Part shown: positions 39,082 to 49,734 of the stretch, piece by piece
Layout of the letters: every line of letters begins with the position of its first letter
Position numbering within the stretch: the stretch's first letter is position 1
Source of the DNA: an uncultured Planctomycetales bacterium
Lineage (GTDB): Bacteria; Omnitrophota; Gorgyraeia; Gygaellales; Profunditerraquicolaceae
NCBI GenBank assembly: GCA_964545575.1
Contig: CAZJFL010000001.1
Location: 5,742-69,741, forward strand
DNA length: 64,000 nt
Reading direction: 5' to 3'
Translations under genes and position numbers: made by a program
The notes under the pieces: model-generated
Told to the model about the DNA's origin: nothing
The model's database searches: none
What the model saw: only the letters and a program-made list of their open reading frames with translations

Positions 39082-40514
39082 AATTTTCTGCGCCAGATTG
39101 TTTTGCCGTCTTTAGTATCTTCTAAAATAATTCCTTTTTCTTCCAACGCTTTCCTTATCGCATCTGCTTCTTTAAACTTGCTACTTTTTTTCATCTCCAG
39201 GCGCGTCTCAATCTGTGAATCTACCCAACCATCGGAAATCTTCTGAGGTATGTATTGGAAAGATAATCCTAAGACTTTCCCCAACTCATAAATTGTTTCT
39301 ACGGCATAACTCAATATAAGCCTATCTGATTCTTTGTATTGATCGATTATTTTATGGCAGAAATTTACCAAATCGAATAATATACTGATTGCCTGCGGGG
39401 TATTAAAATTATCATCCATTACTTTTTCAAACTCTAACTTAAATTTCTGAATATCATGCTGTTCAGAATCGCTACCTCCCCCCATAAGCCTCCGACTGCC
39501 AAACTTTTCATCCAGCCTGTTAAATAAAACAGCAAACCTATCATAAGCATTATTATTTTGCTCCATTTTCTCCCAACTAAAATCTATCGGTGAAGCATAA
39601 TGCGCGGATAAAAAGAAAAGCTTAAGGATATCGGGATTGTATTTGTGCAAAATATCTTTTATAGTAATAAAATTCCCCATCGACTTGGCCATTTTTTGGC
39701 CGTTAATGGTGAGCAGGCCGTGGTGTATCCAGAAATGAGCAAATTTTTTCCCTGCGCCCTCAGACTGCGCAATTTCATTTTCATGATGAGGAAAAATGAG
39801 GTCTAAACCCCCGCCGTGAATATCAAATTCATCCCCCAGAATATCCGAACTCATCACTGAGCATTCTATATGCCAGCCGGGCCTTCCCTTTCCCCACGGG
39901 CTGTCCCAGGACGGCTCATTTTCCTTGGCGGATTTCCAAAGGGCAAAATCCAGAGGATCCCTTTTATTCTCCGTAGGAGAGACTCTTGAGCCCGCCTCCA
40001 TTCTATCCAGCGCCTGATTTGATAATTTGCCGTAATTTTTTGCCTTAGTAATATCAAAATAAACATCCCCTCCCGAAGAATAGGCTACGCCTCTCTTGAT
40101 AAGGTCCTGAATGAAAACTACCATTTTGGGAATATAGTCACTGGCCTTGGGCTCAAGGATCACTTCTCTGCCAATATCAATACCTAGTTCTTTTAGGGCC
40201 TCGTGATAAGACTTAAGGTATTTATCGGCGACGCCTTGGCAAGCCTTCTTTAAGTCTTCGCCGGGGAATTCTTTTGCAGCCTTATCGATAATTTTATCAT
40301 CGACGTCGGTTACATTTCTTGCGAATCTGACCTTGTAACCTTTATATATTAAATAGCGCCTTATAACATCGAATATATAGGCGCTGCGGGCATGGCCTAT
40401 ATGCGGCTCATCGTAAACCGTGGGGCCGCAAACGTACATTTTTACTTCTTTGGTATCTAGCGGCTCGAAGGGATCTTTCTTTCTGGTGAGGGAGTTATAT
40501 ATAAAAATGGGCAT
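39078..40514 (-). CDS. cysS: cysteine--tRNA ligase
   Basis: CGPTVYD ... HIGH and KMSKS are present. Confidence 0.9.
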   Translation of the reverse strand: MPIFIYNSLTRKKDPFEPLDTKEVKMYVCGPTVYDEPHIGHARSAYIFDVIRRYLIYKGYKVRFARNVTDVDDKIIDKAAKEFPGEDLKKACQGVADKYLKSYHEALKELGIDIGREVILEPKASDYIPKMVVFIQDLIKRGVAYSSGGDVYFDITKAKNYGKLSNQALDRMEAGSRVSPTENKRDPLDFALWKSAKENEPSWDSPWGKGRPGWHIECSVMSSDILGDEFDIHGGGLDLIFPHHENEIAQSEGAGKKFAHFWIHHGLLTINGQKMAKSMGNFITIKDILHKYNPDILKLFFLSAHYASPIDFSWEKMEQNNNAYDRFAVLFNRLDEKFGSRRLMGGGSDSEQHDIQKFKLEFEKVMDDNFNTPQAISILFDLVNFCHKIIDQYKESDRLILSYAVETIYELGKVLGLSFQYIPQKISDGWVDSQIETRLEMKKSSKFKEADAIRKALEEKGIILEDTKDGKTIWRRKL

Positions 40515-40521
40515 GGATAGG

Positions 40522-41202
40522 CTATTTCTTTTCCAGCTTTTCTATCCTCTTCTCCAGCTCCTCGATATTCTGCAAAATCGGGTCGAGTGTATGGATATGG
40601 TCTAAGCTGATATCTATTTTTTTGCCTTCCTGCTTGGTAATCCTTCCCGGCACGCCGACGACGGTGGAATTAGCGGGAACATCCTTGATCACCACGGCGT
40701 TTGCTCCGATATAAGAATTGTCCCCTATGGTAATATTACCGAGGATCTTCGCTCCTGCTCCGATAACTACATTATTGCCGATAGTAGGGTGGCGCTTGCC
40801 TTTTTCTACTCCCGTACCCCCGAGCGTAACTCCCTGATAAATAAGGACATCATCCCCAATAACCGCGGTCTCACCGATCACTACGCTCATCCCGTGGTCT
40901 ATAAAAAACCTTTTTCCGATTCTAGCTCCCGGGTGTATTTCTATACCGGTCATAAATCTTGAAAATTGGCTCATCCCGCGGGCCAGAAAAGAAAAACCTA
41001 TTTTATAGAAAAAATGCGCGATGCGCTGATTGATGATAGCATGCAGGCCCTGATAAAGCAGGATTATCTCCAGCAAGCCTTTTGCTGCCGGGTCTCTATG
41101 CCTTATCGTCCTTATTTCTTGATTGAAAAAGGCAATGATCAGGATAACCTTTAAAGCAAATATAGTTAAAAGGATTGCAAGTATTCCTAATAATATATCC
41201 AT
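40522..41202 (-). CDS. cysE: serine O-acetyltransferase; the hydrophobic N-terminal extension from the ORF track may be an artefact
   Basis: SAT N-domain [13 protein letters not shown] and hexapeptide repeats are present. Confidence 0.75.
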   Translation of the reverse strand: MDILLGILAILLTIFALKVILIIAFFNQEIRTIRHRDPAAKGLLEIILLYQGLHAIINQRIAHFFYKIGFSFLARGMSQFSRFMTGIEIHPGARIGKRFFIDHGMSVVIGETAVIGDDVLIYQGVTLGGTGVEKGKRHPTIGNNVVIGAGAKILGNITIGDNSYIGANAVVIKDVPANSTVVGVPGRITKQEGKKIDISLDHIHTLDPILQNIEELEKRIEKLEKK

Positions 41203-41376
41203 TTAAGCCTCCTAGATATGTATGCTTCCTTTATCAACTACGTTAAAACTATAAACCCTAAACACTAAATCCTAAACAAATCCAAAATTCAAAACCCAAA
41301 ATATTTTTTATTTTGAATTTTGGGTTTTGAGTTTGTTTAGAGTTTAGAATTTCGGATTTAGGATTTAAGTTCATTT
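41203..41376. repeat. AT-rich periodic palindromic array between ispF and cysE, of the same type as the arrays upstream of mcsA and radA: A/C-rich 7-8-nt repeats, an AAAATATTTTTTATTTT centre, then T/G-rich mirror repeats
   Basis: aaaccctaaacactaaatcctaaacaaatccaaaattcaaaacccaaaata faces tattttgaattttgggttttgagtttgtttagagtttagaatttcggatttaggattt. Together they form an imperfect hairpin of about 130 nt. Confidence 0.7.
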
Positions 41377-41856
41377 TTAATTTGTAATTACCGCTACTGC
41401 GTAACAGGCAATGGCTTCTTTTTGTCCAATCAAGCCCAATCCCTCATTAGTCTTGGCTTTTATGCTGACAGAATCCTCTTTTATCTTGAGGGTCTCGGCA
41501 ATTTTTGCGCGGATCTGTTTTTTAAACGGAGAGAGCCGCGGTTCCTCTGCGATGAGCACAGCATCTATGTTGCCTATCGCAAAGCTTTTCTTTTTAACCA
41601 AGATATCCACCTGCTTTAATAATTCAACGCTGGAAACATTATAATATTTAGGGTCGCTATCGGGGAAAAGTTCGCCTATATCGTCCAGGCCTACCGCGCC
41701 CAAAAGCGCGTCGCAGACGGCATGTATGAGCACGTCTGCGTCAGAATGCCCTAATAGGCCCTTAATATAAGGGATCTCTACCCCGCCGATGAACAATTTA
41801 CGCCCCTCGGCGAGACGGTGGATATCATACCCTATGCCTATCCTATAATTCATCAT
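41377..41856 (-). CDS. ispF: 2-C-methyl-D-erythritol 2,4-cyclodiphosphate synthase
   Basis: IGIGYDIHRL and HSDADV motifs are present. Confidence 0.9.
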   Translation of the reverse strand: MMNYRIGIGYDIHRLAEGRKLFIGGVEIPYIKGLLGHSDADVLIHAVCDALLGAVGLDDIGELFPDSDPKYYNVSSVELLKQVDILVKKKSFAIGNIDAVLIAEEPRLSPFKKQIRAKIAETLKIKEDSVSIKAKTNEGLGLIGQKEAIACYAVAVITN

Positions 41857-42545
41857 TTTTTATTTCTTACTATCGCCCGGGCAATAATCAGATCCTCCGG
41901 CGTAGTTATCTTGATATTAGTATATGCGCCCATCGCCACAGTTACCCCCGCGCCCAACTTTTCTACTAGCGAGGCATCGTCGGTAACTTTGGCGCCGCCG
42001 AAACGCTGGTATGCCTCCAAAATCAAATCCTTCCGGAATACCTGCGGCGTCTGTATCTGCCAAAGGTTCTTTCTTTCCAGTGTCCTTGACACTTTGACAC
42101 TTTGACACTTTGACACCCTTAGCTCTTTGATAGTATCCTTAACCGGTACCCCCGCAACAGCCGCACCGGATTTCCTTGCTTCTCTTACCACCTTTGTAAT
42201 CATGTTGCTATCGATAAAGGGCCTGGCGGCGTCGTGGATCAGGACAAAATCCGTCTCTCTGCCTATTGCGCCTAAACCCTTTCTTACCGAATCCTGCCTT
42301 AATTTTCCGCCAAAAACTATTCTTTTGACTTTTTTTATGCGGTAGCTGATAATACTTTTCTTTACGCTTTTTGAATTCCGGGGATTAACTACTACAATAA
42401 TATCTTTGACAAAACGATTAAGGCTTAGCGCTTTAAGAGAATGAACAATCAGAGGTAAAGTTTCTAACTTCACCAGCGGTTTGGGGATTCTTGATTGCAG
42501 CCTTCTGCCCTTGCCTGCTGCAAGAAGTATTGCTGTTAAATACAT
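41853..42545 (-). CDS. ispD: 2-C-methyl-D-erythritol 4-phosphate cytidylyltransferase
   Basis: ILLAAGKGRRL is present. It contains a 24-nt in-frame insertion of octamer repeats. Confidence 0.85.
   Translation of the reverse strand: MYLTAILLAAGKGRRLQSRIPKPLVKLETLPLIVHSLKALSLNRFVKDIIVVVNPRNSKSVKKSIISYRIKKVKRIVFGGKLRQDSVRKGLGAIGRETDFVLIHDAARPFIDSNMITKVVREARKSGAAVAGVPVKDTIKELRVSKCQSVKVSRTLERKNLWQIQTPQVFRKDLILEAYQRFGGAKVTDDASLVEKLGAGVTVAMGAYTNIKITTPEDLIIARAIVRNKK
42088..42118. repeat. (GACACTTT)x3.9 tandem octamers inside the ispD CDS, reading (GTGTCAAA)n on the coding strand and encoding SKCQSVKV
   Basis: Three perfect units plus a partial one. The octamer is the same one that builds the arrays upstream of radA and mcsA. 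Confidence 0.9.
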
Positions 42546-43525
42546 TATTTCTCTATTTTTGTAAAGATCATCCTGCCTGCCTGCGTCTGCAAGACGGAAG
42601 TCACGGTTACTTTTACCTCCTGGCCGATCAGCCTGCGCGCATCTTCTACCACCACCATCGTGCCGTCATCAAGATAACCCACTGCCTGATTATATTCCTT
42701 ACCCTCCTTGATTAATTTAAGCTGCATGCGCTCGCCCGGAAAAACCACCGGCTTTAGGGCATTAGCCAATTCATTAATATTGAGCACCTTGATCCCCTGG
42801 ATGCTGGCCACGCGGTTTAAGTTAAAATCAACCGTCATTATTTTTGCCTCTAATAACTTGGCGAGTTTTACCAATTTTGCGTCTACCTCACGCACCTCCG
42901 GGAAATCTTCCTCGTGGATCGTTATAGCTAATCCTACTTCTTTCTGCAACGTCTGCAGTATCTCTAAACCCCTCCTGCCCCGCTGGCGTTTCATCGGGTC
43001 GGTGGAGTCGGCTATCTGCTGTAATTCTTTCAAAACAAAGCGGGGAATGATTATTTTGTTCTCCAGGAATTTAGTCTTGCATATATCCACTATCCTGCCG
43101 TCGATGATGACGCTGGTATCCAGGAGCGTCACCTCCTCTACCTGGTCCTGCCGGCGCAGCTTCACGTAAGGAATGATGATATTAAACTCATCCTTGCCGC
43201 GCAGGCCGATAACCATGCCCAGATAGCAGAAGATCAAAGTCAGGGTGACCCTGACAAAAGAGAGGCTTTCGCCGGAAATAGGAGCGAGGCTAAAGGCATC
43301 GGTCACTAGTTTTGCCATAATTAAACCTAAGATCAGGCCGAAAACGGAACTGGAAAGCCCCCGCATCGATACCTTACGCATGCCTATTTCAAGCAATATA
43401 ACCACTCCGCTTAATAAAATGCCGATTAATGCCCCTAATATACCCGAACCATGGATTGATAACGCCTGATAGCCGATGATGCTGCCGCCGATAAGAAAAA
43501 GAATACGTGCGGATAATAAATTCAT
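42545..43525 (-). CDS. yacL: PIN/TRAM-domain membrane protein (YacL-like)
   Basis: N-terminal TM helices are followed by a PIN domain and a C-terminal TRAM-like domain. Its position after radA and before ispD matches Firmicutes. Confidence 0.65.
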   Translation of the reverse strand: MNLLSARILFLIGGSIIGYQALSIHGSGILGALIGILLSGVVILLEIGMRKVSMRGLSSSVFGLILGLIMAKLVTDAFSLAPISGESLSFVRVTLTLIFCYLGMVIGLRGKDEFNIIIPYVKLRRQDQVEEVTLLDTSVIIDGRIVDICKTKFLENKIIIPRFVLKELQQIADSTDPMKRQRGRRGLEILQTLQKEVGLAITIHEEDFPEVREVDAKLVKLAKLLEAKIMTVDFNLNRVASIQGIKVLNINELANALKPVVFPGERMQLKLIKEGKEYNQAVGYLDDGTMVVVEDARRLIGQEVKVTVTSVLQTQAGRMIFTKIEK

Positions 43526-43549
43526 ATAATTACCTCCTTTTTAACGCTA

Positions 43550-43577
43550 AATCACAAAATTTTGCGCTTTTGTGATT
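43550..43577. promoter_or_regulatory. Intercistronic hairpin between radA and yacL (AATCACAAAA-GCGCAAAA-TTTTGTGATT), plus a 15-nt direct repeat AATTTTGCGCTTTTG x2
   Basis: A 10-bp stem overlaps the radA stop codon and is followed by the AGGAGG of yacL. Confidence 0.4.
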
Positions 43578-44958
43578 AATTTTGCGCTTTTGCGAGTATG
43601 ATATCCAGGGCTTCCTTTAGCGTGGAAACCGGTATTAACTCTATGGCGCTCTTCTTATGCTCCAGATTCTTACAATTATTCCGTGGTAATATACAGTGTT
43701 TAAACCCGAGCTTCTCCGCTTCATTGACGCGCAGGAGCACCTGCGATATACTCCTGATTTCTCCGGACAAACCCACCTCCCCCAAAATCACGCTATCCGC
43801 CAGTATCAGCTGCTCACGGAAAGCAGACGCGATAGCGCTCACCACCGCTAGATCCGCCGCCGGGTCTACCACCTTTATTCCGCCGGCCACATTCACAAAG
43901 ATATCTTCTGCCTCCAGATGCAGCCCTATCCTTTTTTCCAGTACCGCCACCAACAGGCCCATTCTGTTGTAATCAAAGCCCTGCGCCCTTCTAATAGCGT
44001 AACCGAAATTGGATTTACTCACCAGCGCCTGTATTTCGACCAATAAAGGGCGGGAGCCTTCAAGTATAGAGGAAACTACAGAGCCGGAGACATCGCGAGG
44101 CCGCTCGGATAAAAATATCTCCGAAGGATTTTTTACTTCCGAGAGCCCGGCGGTATCCATCTGGAAGACGCCGATTTCATTGGTCGAGCCAAACCTGTTC
44201 TTCACTGCCCGCAATATCCGGTAGAGAGAAAATCTGTCCCCCTCAAAATAAAGCACCGTATCCACGATATGCTCCAGCACCCGCGGTCCGGCAATAGCGC
44301 CTTCTTTGGTGACGTGGCCGAGAATAAAAACCGTAATCCCGGAACTCTTGGCTAGTTGAGTAAGGATACCCGCGCATTCCCTGACCTGGCTGACGCTGCC
44401 CGGCGAAGAGCTGATCGTCGGCTCGAAAATCACCTGGATTGAGTCGATAATCACTGCGTCCGGCTTTATCTTCTTTATGTATTCGATGATTAAAGATAAA
44501 TCCGTCTGGTTTACGATATATAAATTACTCTCTTCCTTGCCTGCCCCCAAACGCGTAGCCCTTAATTTGGTCTGAGAAACGGATTCCTCGCCGCTGACAT
44601 AGAGGACAGTCGAGCCTTTTTTAGTCAATTGGTTGGAAACCTGTAAGGAGATGGTGGATTTTCCTATGCCCGGGTCTCCGCCGATAAGTATCACCGAGCC
44701 CCTGACTATGCCGCCGCCTAAAACCCTGTCCAGCTCCAGTATCCCTGTCTTTAGCCTCTCCTCGCCTTTTATCTCTACGTCTCTTAATAATACCGGCTCA
44801 TCTTTATACGCAGAGACTCTCTCTTTCGCCTTTTCCATAGGCGAAGCATAGTCTTCCTCGGCAAAAGAGTTCCAGTTGTTACAGTCCGGGCACCTGCCCA
44901 GCCATTTGGGCGACTGATAGCCGCAGTTCTGACAACTGAATACTGTTTTGGTCTTCAT
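43576..44958 (-). CDS. radA: DNA repair protein RadA (Sms)
   Basis: It has the N-terminal C4 zinc finger, GxxGxGKS Walker A and a Lon-like C-terminal domain. Confidence 0.9.
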   Translation of the reverse strand: MKTKTVFSCQNCGYQSPKWLGRCPDCNNWNSFAEEDYASPMEKAKERVSAYKDEPVLLRDVEIKGEERLKTGILELDRVLGGGIVRGSVILIGGDPGIGKSTISLQVSNQLTKKGSTVLYVSGEESVSQTKLRATRLGAGKEESNLYIVNQTDLSLIIEYIKKIKPDAVIIDSIQVIFEPTISSSPGSVSQVRECAGILTQLAKSSGITVFILGHVTKEGAIAGPRVLEHIVDTVLYFEGDRFSLYRILRAVKNRFGSTNEIGVFQMDTAGLSEVKNPSEIFLSERPRDVSGSVVSSILEGSRPLLVEIQALVSKSNFGYAIRRAQGFDYNRMGLLVAVLEKRIGLHLEAEDIFVNVAGGIKVVDPAADLAVVSAIASAFREQLILADSVILGEVGLSGEIRSISQVLLRVNEAEKLGFKHCILPRNNCKNLEHKKSAIELIPVSTLKEALDIILAKAQN

Positions 44959-44965
44959 AATAGCT

Positions 44966-45068
44966 GTATCAAGGTATCAGGTGTCAAAGTGTCAAAGTTA
45001 CCAAGTTTTTTGACACCCTGGCACTCTAACACTTTTGACACTCTGATACTTTGATACTATGATACTAT
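44966..45068. repeat. 8-bp-periodic palindromic octamer array upstream of radA: GTATCAAG GTATCAGG GTGTCAAA GTGTCAAA, then a spacer, then TTTGACAC ... TTTGATAC TATGATAC
   Basis: Direct octamers are followed by a T-rich spacer and then inverse-complement octamers, read directly from the sequence. Confidence 0.8.
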
Positions 45069-45069
45069 T

Positions 45070-45684
45070 CTATTGCTTCTCTTTAGTTTTCCAGAACAAC
45101 TTCCAGGGGTGCTTTCTGATATCTTTGACCAGGGCGTCCAGATCGTTATATATTGCGTCATCGCCGATTAATTTTCCGATGGTCCCTTCATTATTTTTAA
45201 TTTTCAGGATCACCTCGTCAGCGTCCTTGACGATTTTATTGGCGAGGTCCGTTACCTCCTGCATGGAAATGGGGTCCTTGCCCGTCAATTCCTGGCCTTC
45301 CAGCAAAATATTATTAAAATCTTTACCGGGAATGATCTCGATATATTTTTCTCCGAGGAGCCCCAGGGTATTAACCCAGATAATGGAATCAACCGGAACC
45401 TTAGTATCCTTCTTCACCCAGCAGCCTACCTTTACCCTGATTTTACCCCCTGCGTCGGGAAAGATAAACTTTATGGCCTTGACTTCGCCTACGTCAACCC
45501 CGGCGTATCTGACCGGAGCCCCTAATTTTACCCCGTTTACAAAATGGAAGATGAAATTAACATTATAACCCAGAGTCCAGGTCTTAAAGCCGCCTATAGA
45601 GAGGACAAAAACGGCTAAAATCACCAAACCTATGAAGACAAAAACCCCCACCTTTAACTCTAGCCTGGTCTTGCCGAATATCAT
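45070..45684 (-). CDS. mlaD: MlaD-like Mce-domain protein
   Basis: An N-terminal TM helix is followed by an Mce domain. It follows the MlaF and MlaE genes. Confidence 0.65.
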   Translation of the reverse strand: MIFGKTRLELKVGVFVFIGLVILAVFVLSIGGFKTWTLGYNVNFIFHFVNGVKLGAPVRYAGVDVGEVKAIKFIFPDAGGKIRVKVGCWVKKDTKVPVDSIIWVNTLGLLGEKYIEIIPGKDFNNILLEGQELTGKDPISMQEVTDLANKIVKDADEVILKIKNNEGTIGKLIGDDAIYNDLDALVKDIRKHPWKLFWKTKEKQ

Positions 45685-45699
45685 CTTACGACCTCCGTT

Positions 45700-46470
45700 T
45701 TATTGTATTTTAAATTGGTCGATAGTCTCTGTAATCGGGCCCTTTGCCAATCCGTTTATAAATTGGTACACTACCGGATGGCCCGTATTCTGTATTTCTT
45801 CCGGAGTACCTTGCGCGATAATTTTGCCCTGATAAAGCATGGCAATCCTGTCCGCCACCTTATAGGCGCTCTTCATGTCGTGGGTCACCACAATAGAGGT
45901 GACTTTCAATTTATCATGGAGGCTGCGGATAAGCTCATTAATACCATCTGCGGTAATCGGGTCTACGCCGGTGGTCGGCTCATCGTAAAGGATAATTTCC
46001 GGCTTGGTGCAGATTGCCCGCGCTAAGGCCACGCGCTTCTTCATTCCGCCGCTTAATTCCGCAGGCATAAGATTGGCTACCCCGCATAAGTCAACCATGC
46101 ATAAAGACTCTTCTATCCTCTCTAAGAGCTCTTTGCCGAACATGCGCTGATGCTCTATCAAGTTAAACCCCACATTTTCCCCCACCGTCAGGGAATCAAA
46201 GAGCGCCCCGCCCTGAAAAACCATACTCATACGCATCCGCAGGGCATTCAGCTCTTTTTCCCTTAAAGCAAAGATATCCTGGCCAAAGACAGAAACTTTT
46301 CCCGACTCCGGCCGCATAATACCTTCGATATGTTTTAAAGTGACGCTTTTACCGCAACCGGAACGGCCGATGATCACCAGGGTTACGCCTTCCTCTATAT
46401 CAAGGTTAAGGTTATCCAGGACCTTGTGCTCGCTGAAATATTTTGTAATTCCCGCCAGTTTAATGATCAT
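45700..46470 (-). CDS. mlaF: ABC transporter ATP-binding protein (MlaF-like)
   Basis: GRSGCGKS Walker A and the LSGG signature are present. Confidence 0.75.
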   Translation of the reverse strand: MIIKLAGITKYFSEHKVLDNLNLDIEEGVTLVIIGRSGCGKSVTLKHIEGIMRPESGKVSVFGQDIFALREKELNALRMRMSMVFQGGALFDSLTVGENVGFNLIEHQRMFGKELLERIEESLCMVDLCGVANLMPAELSGGMKKRVALARAICTKPEIILYDEPTTGVDPITADGINELIRSLHDKLKVTSIVVTHDMKSAYKVADRIAMLYQGKIIAQGTPEEIQNTGHPVVYQFINGLAKGPITETIDQFKIQ

Positions 46471-47259
46471 TTACGGAAAAATAAAATAAAAGACCGCGGT
46501 AAAGAAACAGTCGGCAATAATGATCATAATAAAGGTAGTCACTACCGAACGCATGGTTGCCTGACCCACGCCTTCTGCGCCGCCCTCCACGTTAAAACCT
46601 TCATAGCAGCTGACAAAGGCAATGATCATGCCGAAAAATATGGTCTTAAAAAGCCCGGTGAATAAGTCTTTGTACAAAAGCGCATCAAAAGTAACGTTCA
46701 TATATAAGCTTGAAGAAATACCCAGTTTAAATACGCAAATCAGGTAGCTTCCGAAAATACCGATAGCATCGGCATACAAAGTCAATAACGGTAAAACCAC
46801 GATTAAGGCCAGCAGGCGGGGAACAACCAGGTATTTGAGCGGGTTTGTCGCCAGGGTTTCTAAAGCGTCTATCTGTTCGGTGACCTGCATCGAACCGAGT
46901 TCCGCGGTAATGGCTGCCCCCACGCGCCCCGCTACTACCAGCGCGGTGATTACCGGGCCCAATTCTCTGGTTACGGACAAAGCTACGAGGCTGGCAATAT
47001 AAATCTCAGAGCCGATGCGCTGCATAAAATAGGCGGTCTGCAGGGCAAAAATAAAACCGATGAATAGGGCAACCAGAGAGACTATGGGCAGGCTGTCATA
47101 ACCGGCTTTTTTTATCTGCTCGACCACGCGGTCCTTCTGGAAGGGCGGGATAAAAACTAAATAAAACGATTGTATGGCTAAAGTAAATAACCCGCCTAGA
47201 AAAGAAAAAAAACCCATTGTCCTGCTGCCTAAACCGATAAAAAAGTTATATCTTCTCAT
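46471..47259 (-). CDS. mlaE: ABC transporter permease (MlaE-like)
   Basis: 262 aa polytopic protein in the MlaE position of the operon. Confidence 0.7.
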   Translation of the reverse strand: MRRYNFFIGLGSRTMGFFSFLGGLFTLAIQSFYLVFIPPFQKDRVVEQIKKAGYDSLPIVSLVALFIGFIFALQTAYFMQRIGSEIYIASLVALSVTRELGPVITALVVAGRVGAAITAELGSMQVTEQIDALETLATNPLKYLVVPRLLALIVVLPLLTLYADAIGIFGSYLICVFKLGISSSLYMNVTFDALLYKDLFTGLFKTIFFGMIIAFVSCYEGFNVEGGAEGVGQATMRSVVTTFIMIIIADCFFTAVFYFIFP

Positions 47260-49667
47260 TCAAAAATCAGCTCCTCGTTTTTGCACAGCACATTGACCAC
47301 CGAACCTTCCTTATACTTCTTGGAGATTATTTCGGAGGCTAAAGGATCTTCCAGGAACCTCTGGATTGTCCTTTTTAAAGGCCGCGCGCCGAATACCGGG
47401 TCAAAACCCTTTTCGATAAGAAACTCTTTTGCCTCCTGATTCACTGAGAGCGTGATATTCTGCTCTTTTAACCTTTCCACGACCATACCTATCTCGATAT
47501 CGATAATTTTATGCAGGTCTTCTTTCACCAGGGGCCTAAAGACTATCGTATCATCGATACGGTTTAAAAACTCCGGCTTAAAGGTGCGCTTCACTTCCTC
47601 AAGCAGCTTGCTCTTCATTTCTTCGTAAGTGATCTCTTCCTTCTGGCTCTTAAATCCCAGCGAACCGGTCCTGCGGATTAATTCCGCTCCCACATTAGAA
47701 GTCATGATGATGATGGTATTGCGGAAATCCACCTTTCTGCCGAAGCTATCGGTAAGGCGGCCGTCTTCAAATACCTGTAGCAAGAGGTTAAATACATCCG
47801 GATGCGCCTTCTCGATTTCATCCAACAAGATCACCGCGTAAGGCCGGCGCCGCACTTTTTCCGTAAGCTGGCCGCCCTCTTCATACCCTACGTATCCCGG
47901 AGGGGCGCCGATAAGACGCGAGACATTGAACTTTTCCATATATTCAGACATATCCAACTGTAAAAGCGCGTCTTCATCTCCGAACATAAACTCTGCTAAG
48001 GCCCTCGCCAGGAGGCTCTTGCCTACGCCAGTGGGGCCTAAGAAAATAAAGGAACCTATCGGCCGCTTGGGGTCTTTGATGCCGGCGCGGGATCTGCGCA
48101 CCGCATGGGCAATAGTATTAATCGCCTCCTCCTGTCCGACGACGCGTTTATGCAGCTCTTCTTCAATCTTAAGTAATTTTTCGCTCTCTTTTTCTTCTAA
48201 CCTGAAGATCGGTATGCCTGTCCACTGCGCCACGATTTTGGCGATATCCTCTTCGCTAACTTCCGGCCGCATCTTATCTTTGGCAAGCGACCATTCGCGG
48301 TTGAGCTGCTCCAATTCCTGGCGCGCCTGCCGCTCCTGGTCACGCAGGGATGCCGCTTTTTCAAAATCCTGAGATTTAATATAAGATTCTTTTTCTTTTC
48401 TTAAGGATTCTACCTTCCCTTCCAGGGCCTTTATCTCCGGCGGCACAATCAGGACATTGAGCCTGGCGCGGGAACCCGTCTCGTCAATCAGATCAATAGC
48501 CTTATCCGGAAGAAACCTCCCGGTAATATAACGATCAGATAATTTTGCCGCCGCCTCAAGTGCTGCGTCGGTAAAACTGACGCGGTGATGCGCTTCGTAT
48601 TTATCGCGCAGGCCCTTCAATATTTCAATGGTCTGCTCCACCGAAGGAGGCTCGACCATAATGGTCTGGAATCTTCTTTCCAGTGCGGCGTCCTTTTCGA
48701 TATATTTGCGGTATTCATCCATGGTGGTGGCGCCGATACACTGCATCTCGCCGCGCGATAAAGCCGGCTTTAAAATATTGGAGGCGTCGATTGCCCCCTC
48801 GGCAGCCCCCGCGCCTACTAAAGTATGCAATTCATCGATAAAAATAATCACATCCTGCGAACGCTTGATCTCCTCCATTACCGCTTTAATCCTTTCTTCG
48901 AATTGCCCGCGGTATTTTGTCCCGGCAACCATTAATGCCAAATCCAGCACTACCATGCGTTTATTCCTTAAAATCTCCGGGATGTTTCCGGCGACGATTA
49001 ACTGGGCCAGGCCTTCGACTATCGCGGTCTTGCCCACCCCTGCCTCGCCCAGGAGCACCGGATTATTTTTGGTGCGCCGGCTTAATATCTGAATTACGCG
49101 GTCAATCTCGTTTTTGCGGTTAATCACCGGGTCAAGCTTATTTTCGCGAGCGAGGGCGGTCAAATCCCTGCCAAAAGCATCCAGCGCCGGAGTCTTGGTC
49201 TTAGAGGCGGCGGCGCTAACCCCCGGTAACGCGGAGCCTAAAAGCTCCATCACTTCGTTTCTTACGGTATTTAAATCCAGCCCTAAGTTCAATAAAACCT
49301 GAGAAGCCACCCCTTCCCCTTCGCGGATCAGTCCTAAGAGTATATGCTCGGTGCCGATATAATTATGCCCGAGAGAGCGCGCCTCTTCTGCTGCCAATTC
49401 CAGGGCTTTTTTGGCGCGGGGGGTAAAGGGTATGTCGCCGATAATCTGCGTCGTGGGGCCGGGCTGTACCAGTTTTTCAATCTCTAAACGGATATTTTCT
49501 AAAGAGACGTTCAGCTTCTGCAATACTGACGCCGCCACCCCTTCCCCTTCGCGGATCAGCCCTAAGAGTATATGCTCGGTGCCGATATAATCATGGTTAA
49601 AACGGCGCGCTTCTTCTTTAGCTAAGATGATTACTTTTCTTGCCCGTTCGGTGAATCGATTAAACAT
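47256..49667 (-). CDS. clpC: ATP-dependent Clp protease ATP-binding subunit ClpC
   Basis: Two Clp_N repeats, two AAA+ modules with GEAGVGKT and GPTGVGKS, and a UVR-like linker. It follows mcsA and mcsB. Confidence 0.9.
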   Translation of the reverse strand: MFNRFTERARKVIILAKEEARRFNHDYIGTEHILLGLIREGEGVAASVLQKLNVSLENIRLEIEKLVQPGPTTQIIGDIPFTPRAKKALELAAEEARSLGHNYIGTEHILLGLIREGEGVASQVLLNLGLDLNTVRNEVMELLGSALPGVSAAASKTKTPALDAFGRDLTALARENKLDPVINRKNEIDRVIQILSRRTKNNPVLLGEAGVGKTAIVEGLAQLIVAGNIPEILRNKRMVVLDLALMVAGTKYRGQFEERIKAVMEEIKRSQDVIIFIDELHTLVGAGAAEGAIDASNILKPALSRGEMQCIGATTMDEYRKYIEKDAALERRFQTIMVEPPSVEQTIEILKGLRDKYEAHHRVSFTDAALEAAAKLSDRYITGRFLPDKAIDLIDETGSRARLNVLIVPPEIKALEGKVESLRKEKESYIKSQDFEKAASLRDQERQARQELEQLNREWSLAKDKMRPEVSEEDIAKIVAQWTGIPIFRLEEKESEKLLKIEEELHKRVVGQEEAINTIAHAVRRSRAGIKDPKRPIGSFIFLGPTGVGKSLLARALAEFMFGDEDALLQLDMSEYMEKFNVSRLIGAPPGYVGYEEGGQLTEKVRRRPYAVILLDEIEKAHPDVFNLLLQVFEDGRLTDSFGRKVDFRNTIIIMTSNVGAELIRRTGSLGFKSQKEEITYEEMKSKLLEEVKRTFKPEFLNRIDDTIVFRPLVKEDLHKIIDIEIGMVVERLKEQNITLSVNQEAKEFLIEKGFDPVFGARPLKRTIQRFLEDPLASEIISKKYKEGSVVNVLCKNEELIFE

Positions 49668-49734
49668 CGTTCCTCCATATACATACGATTAGTTTAAGGG
49701 TTAGTAGGGGTTTTACCCTGCTACCCCCTAAAAC

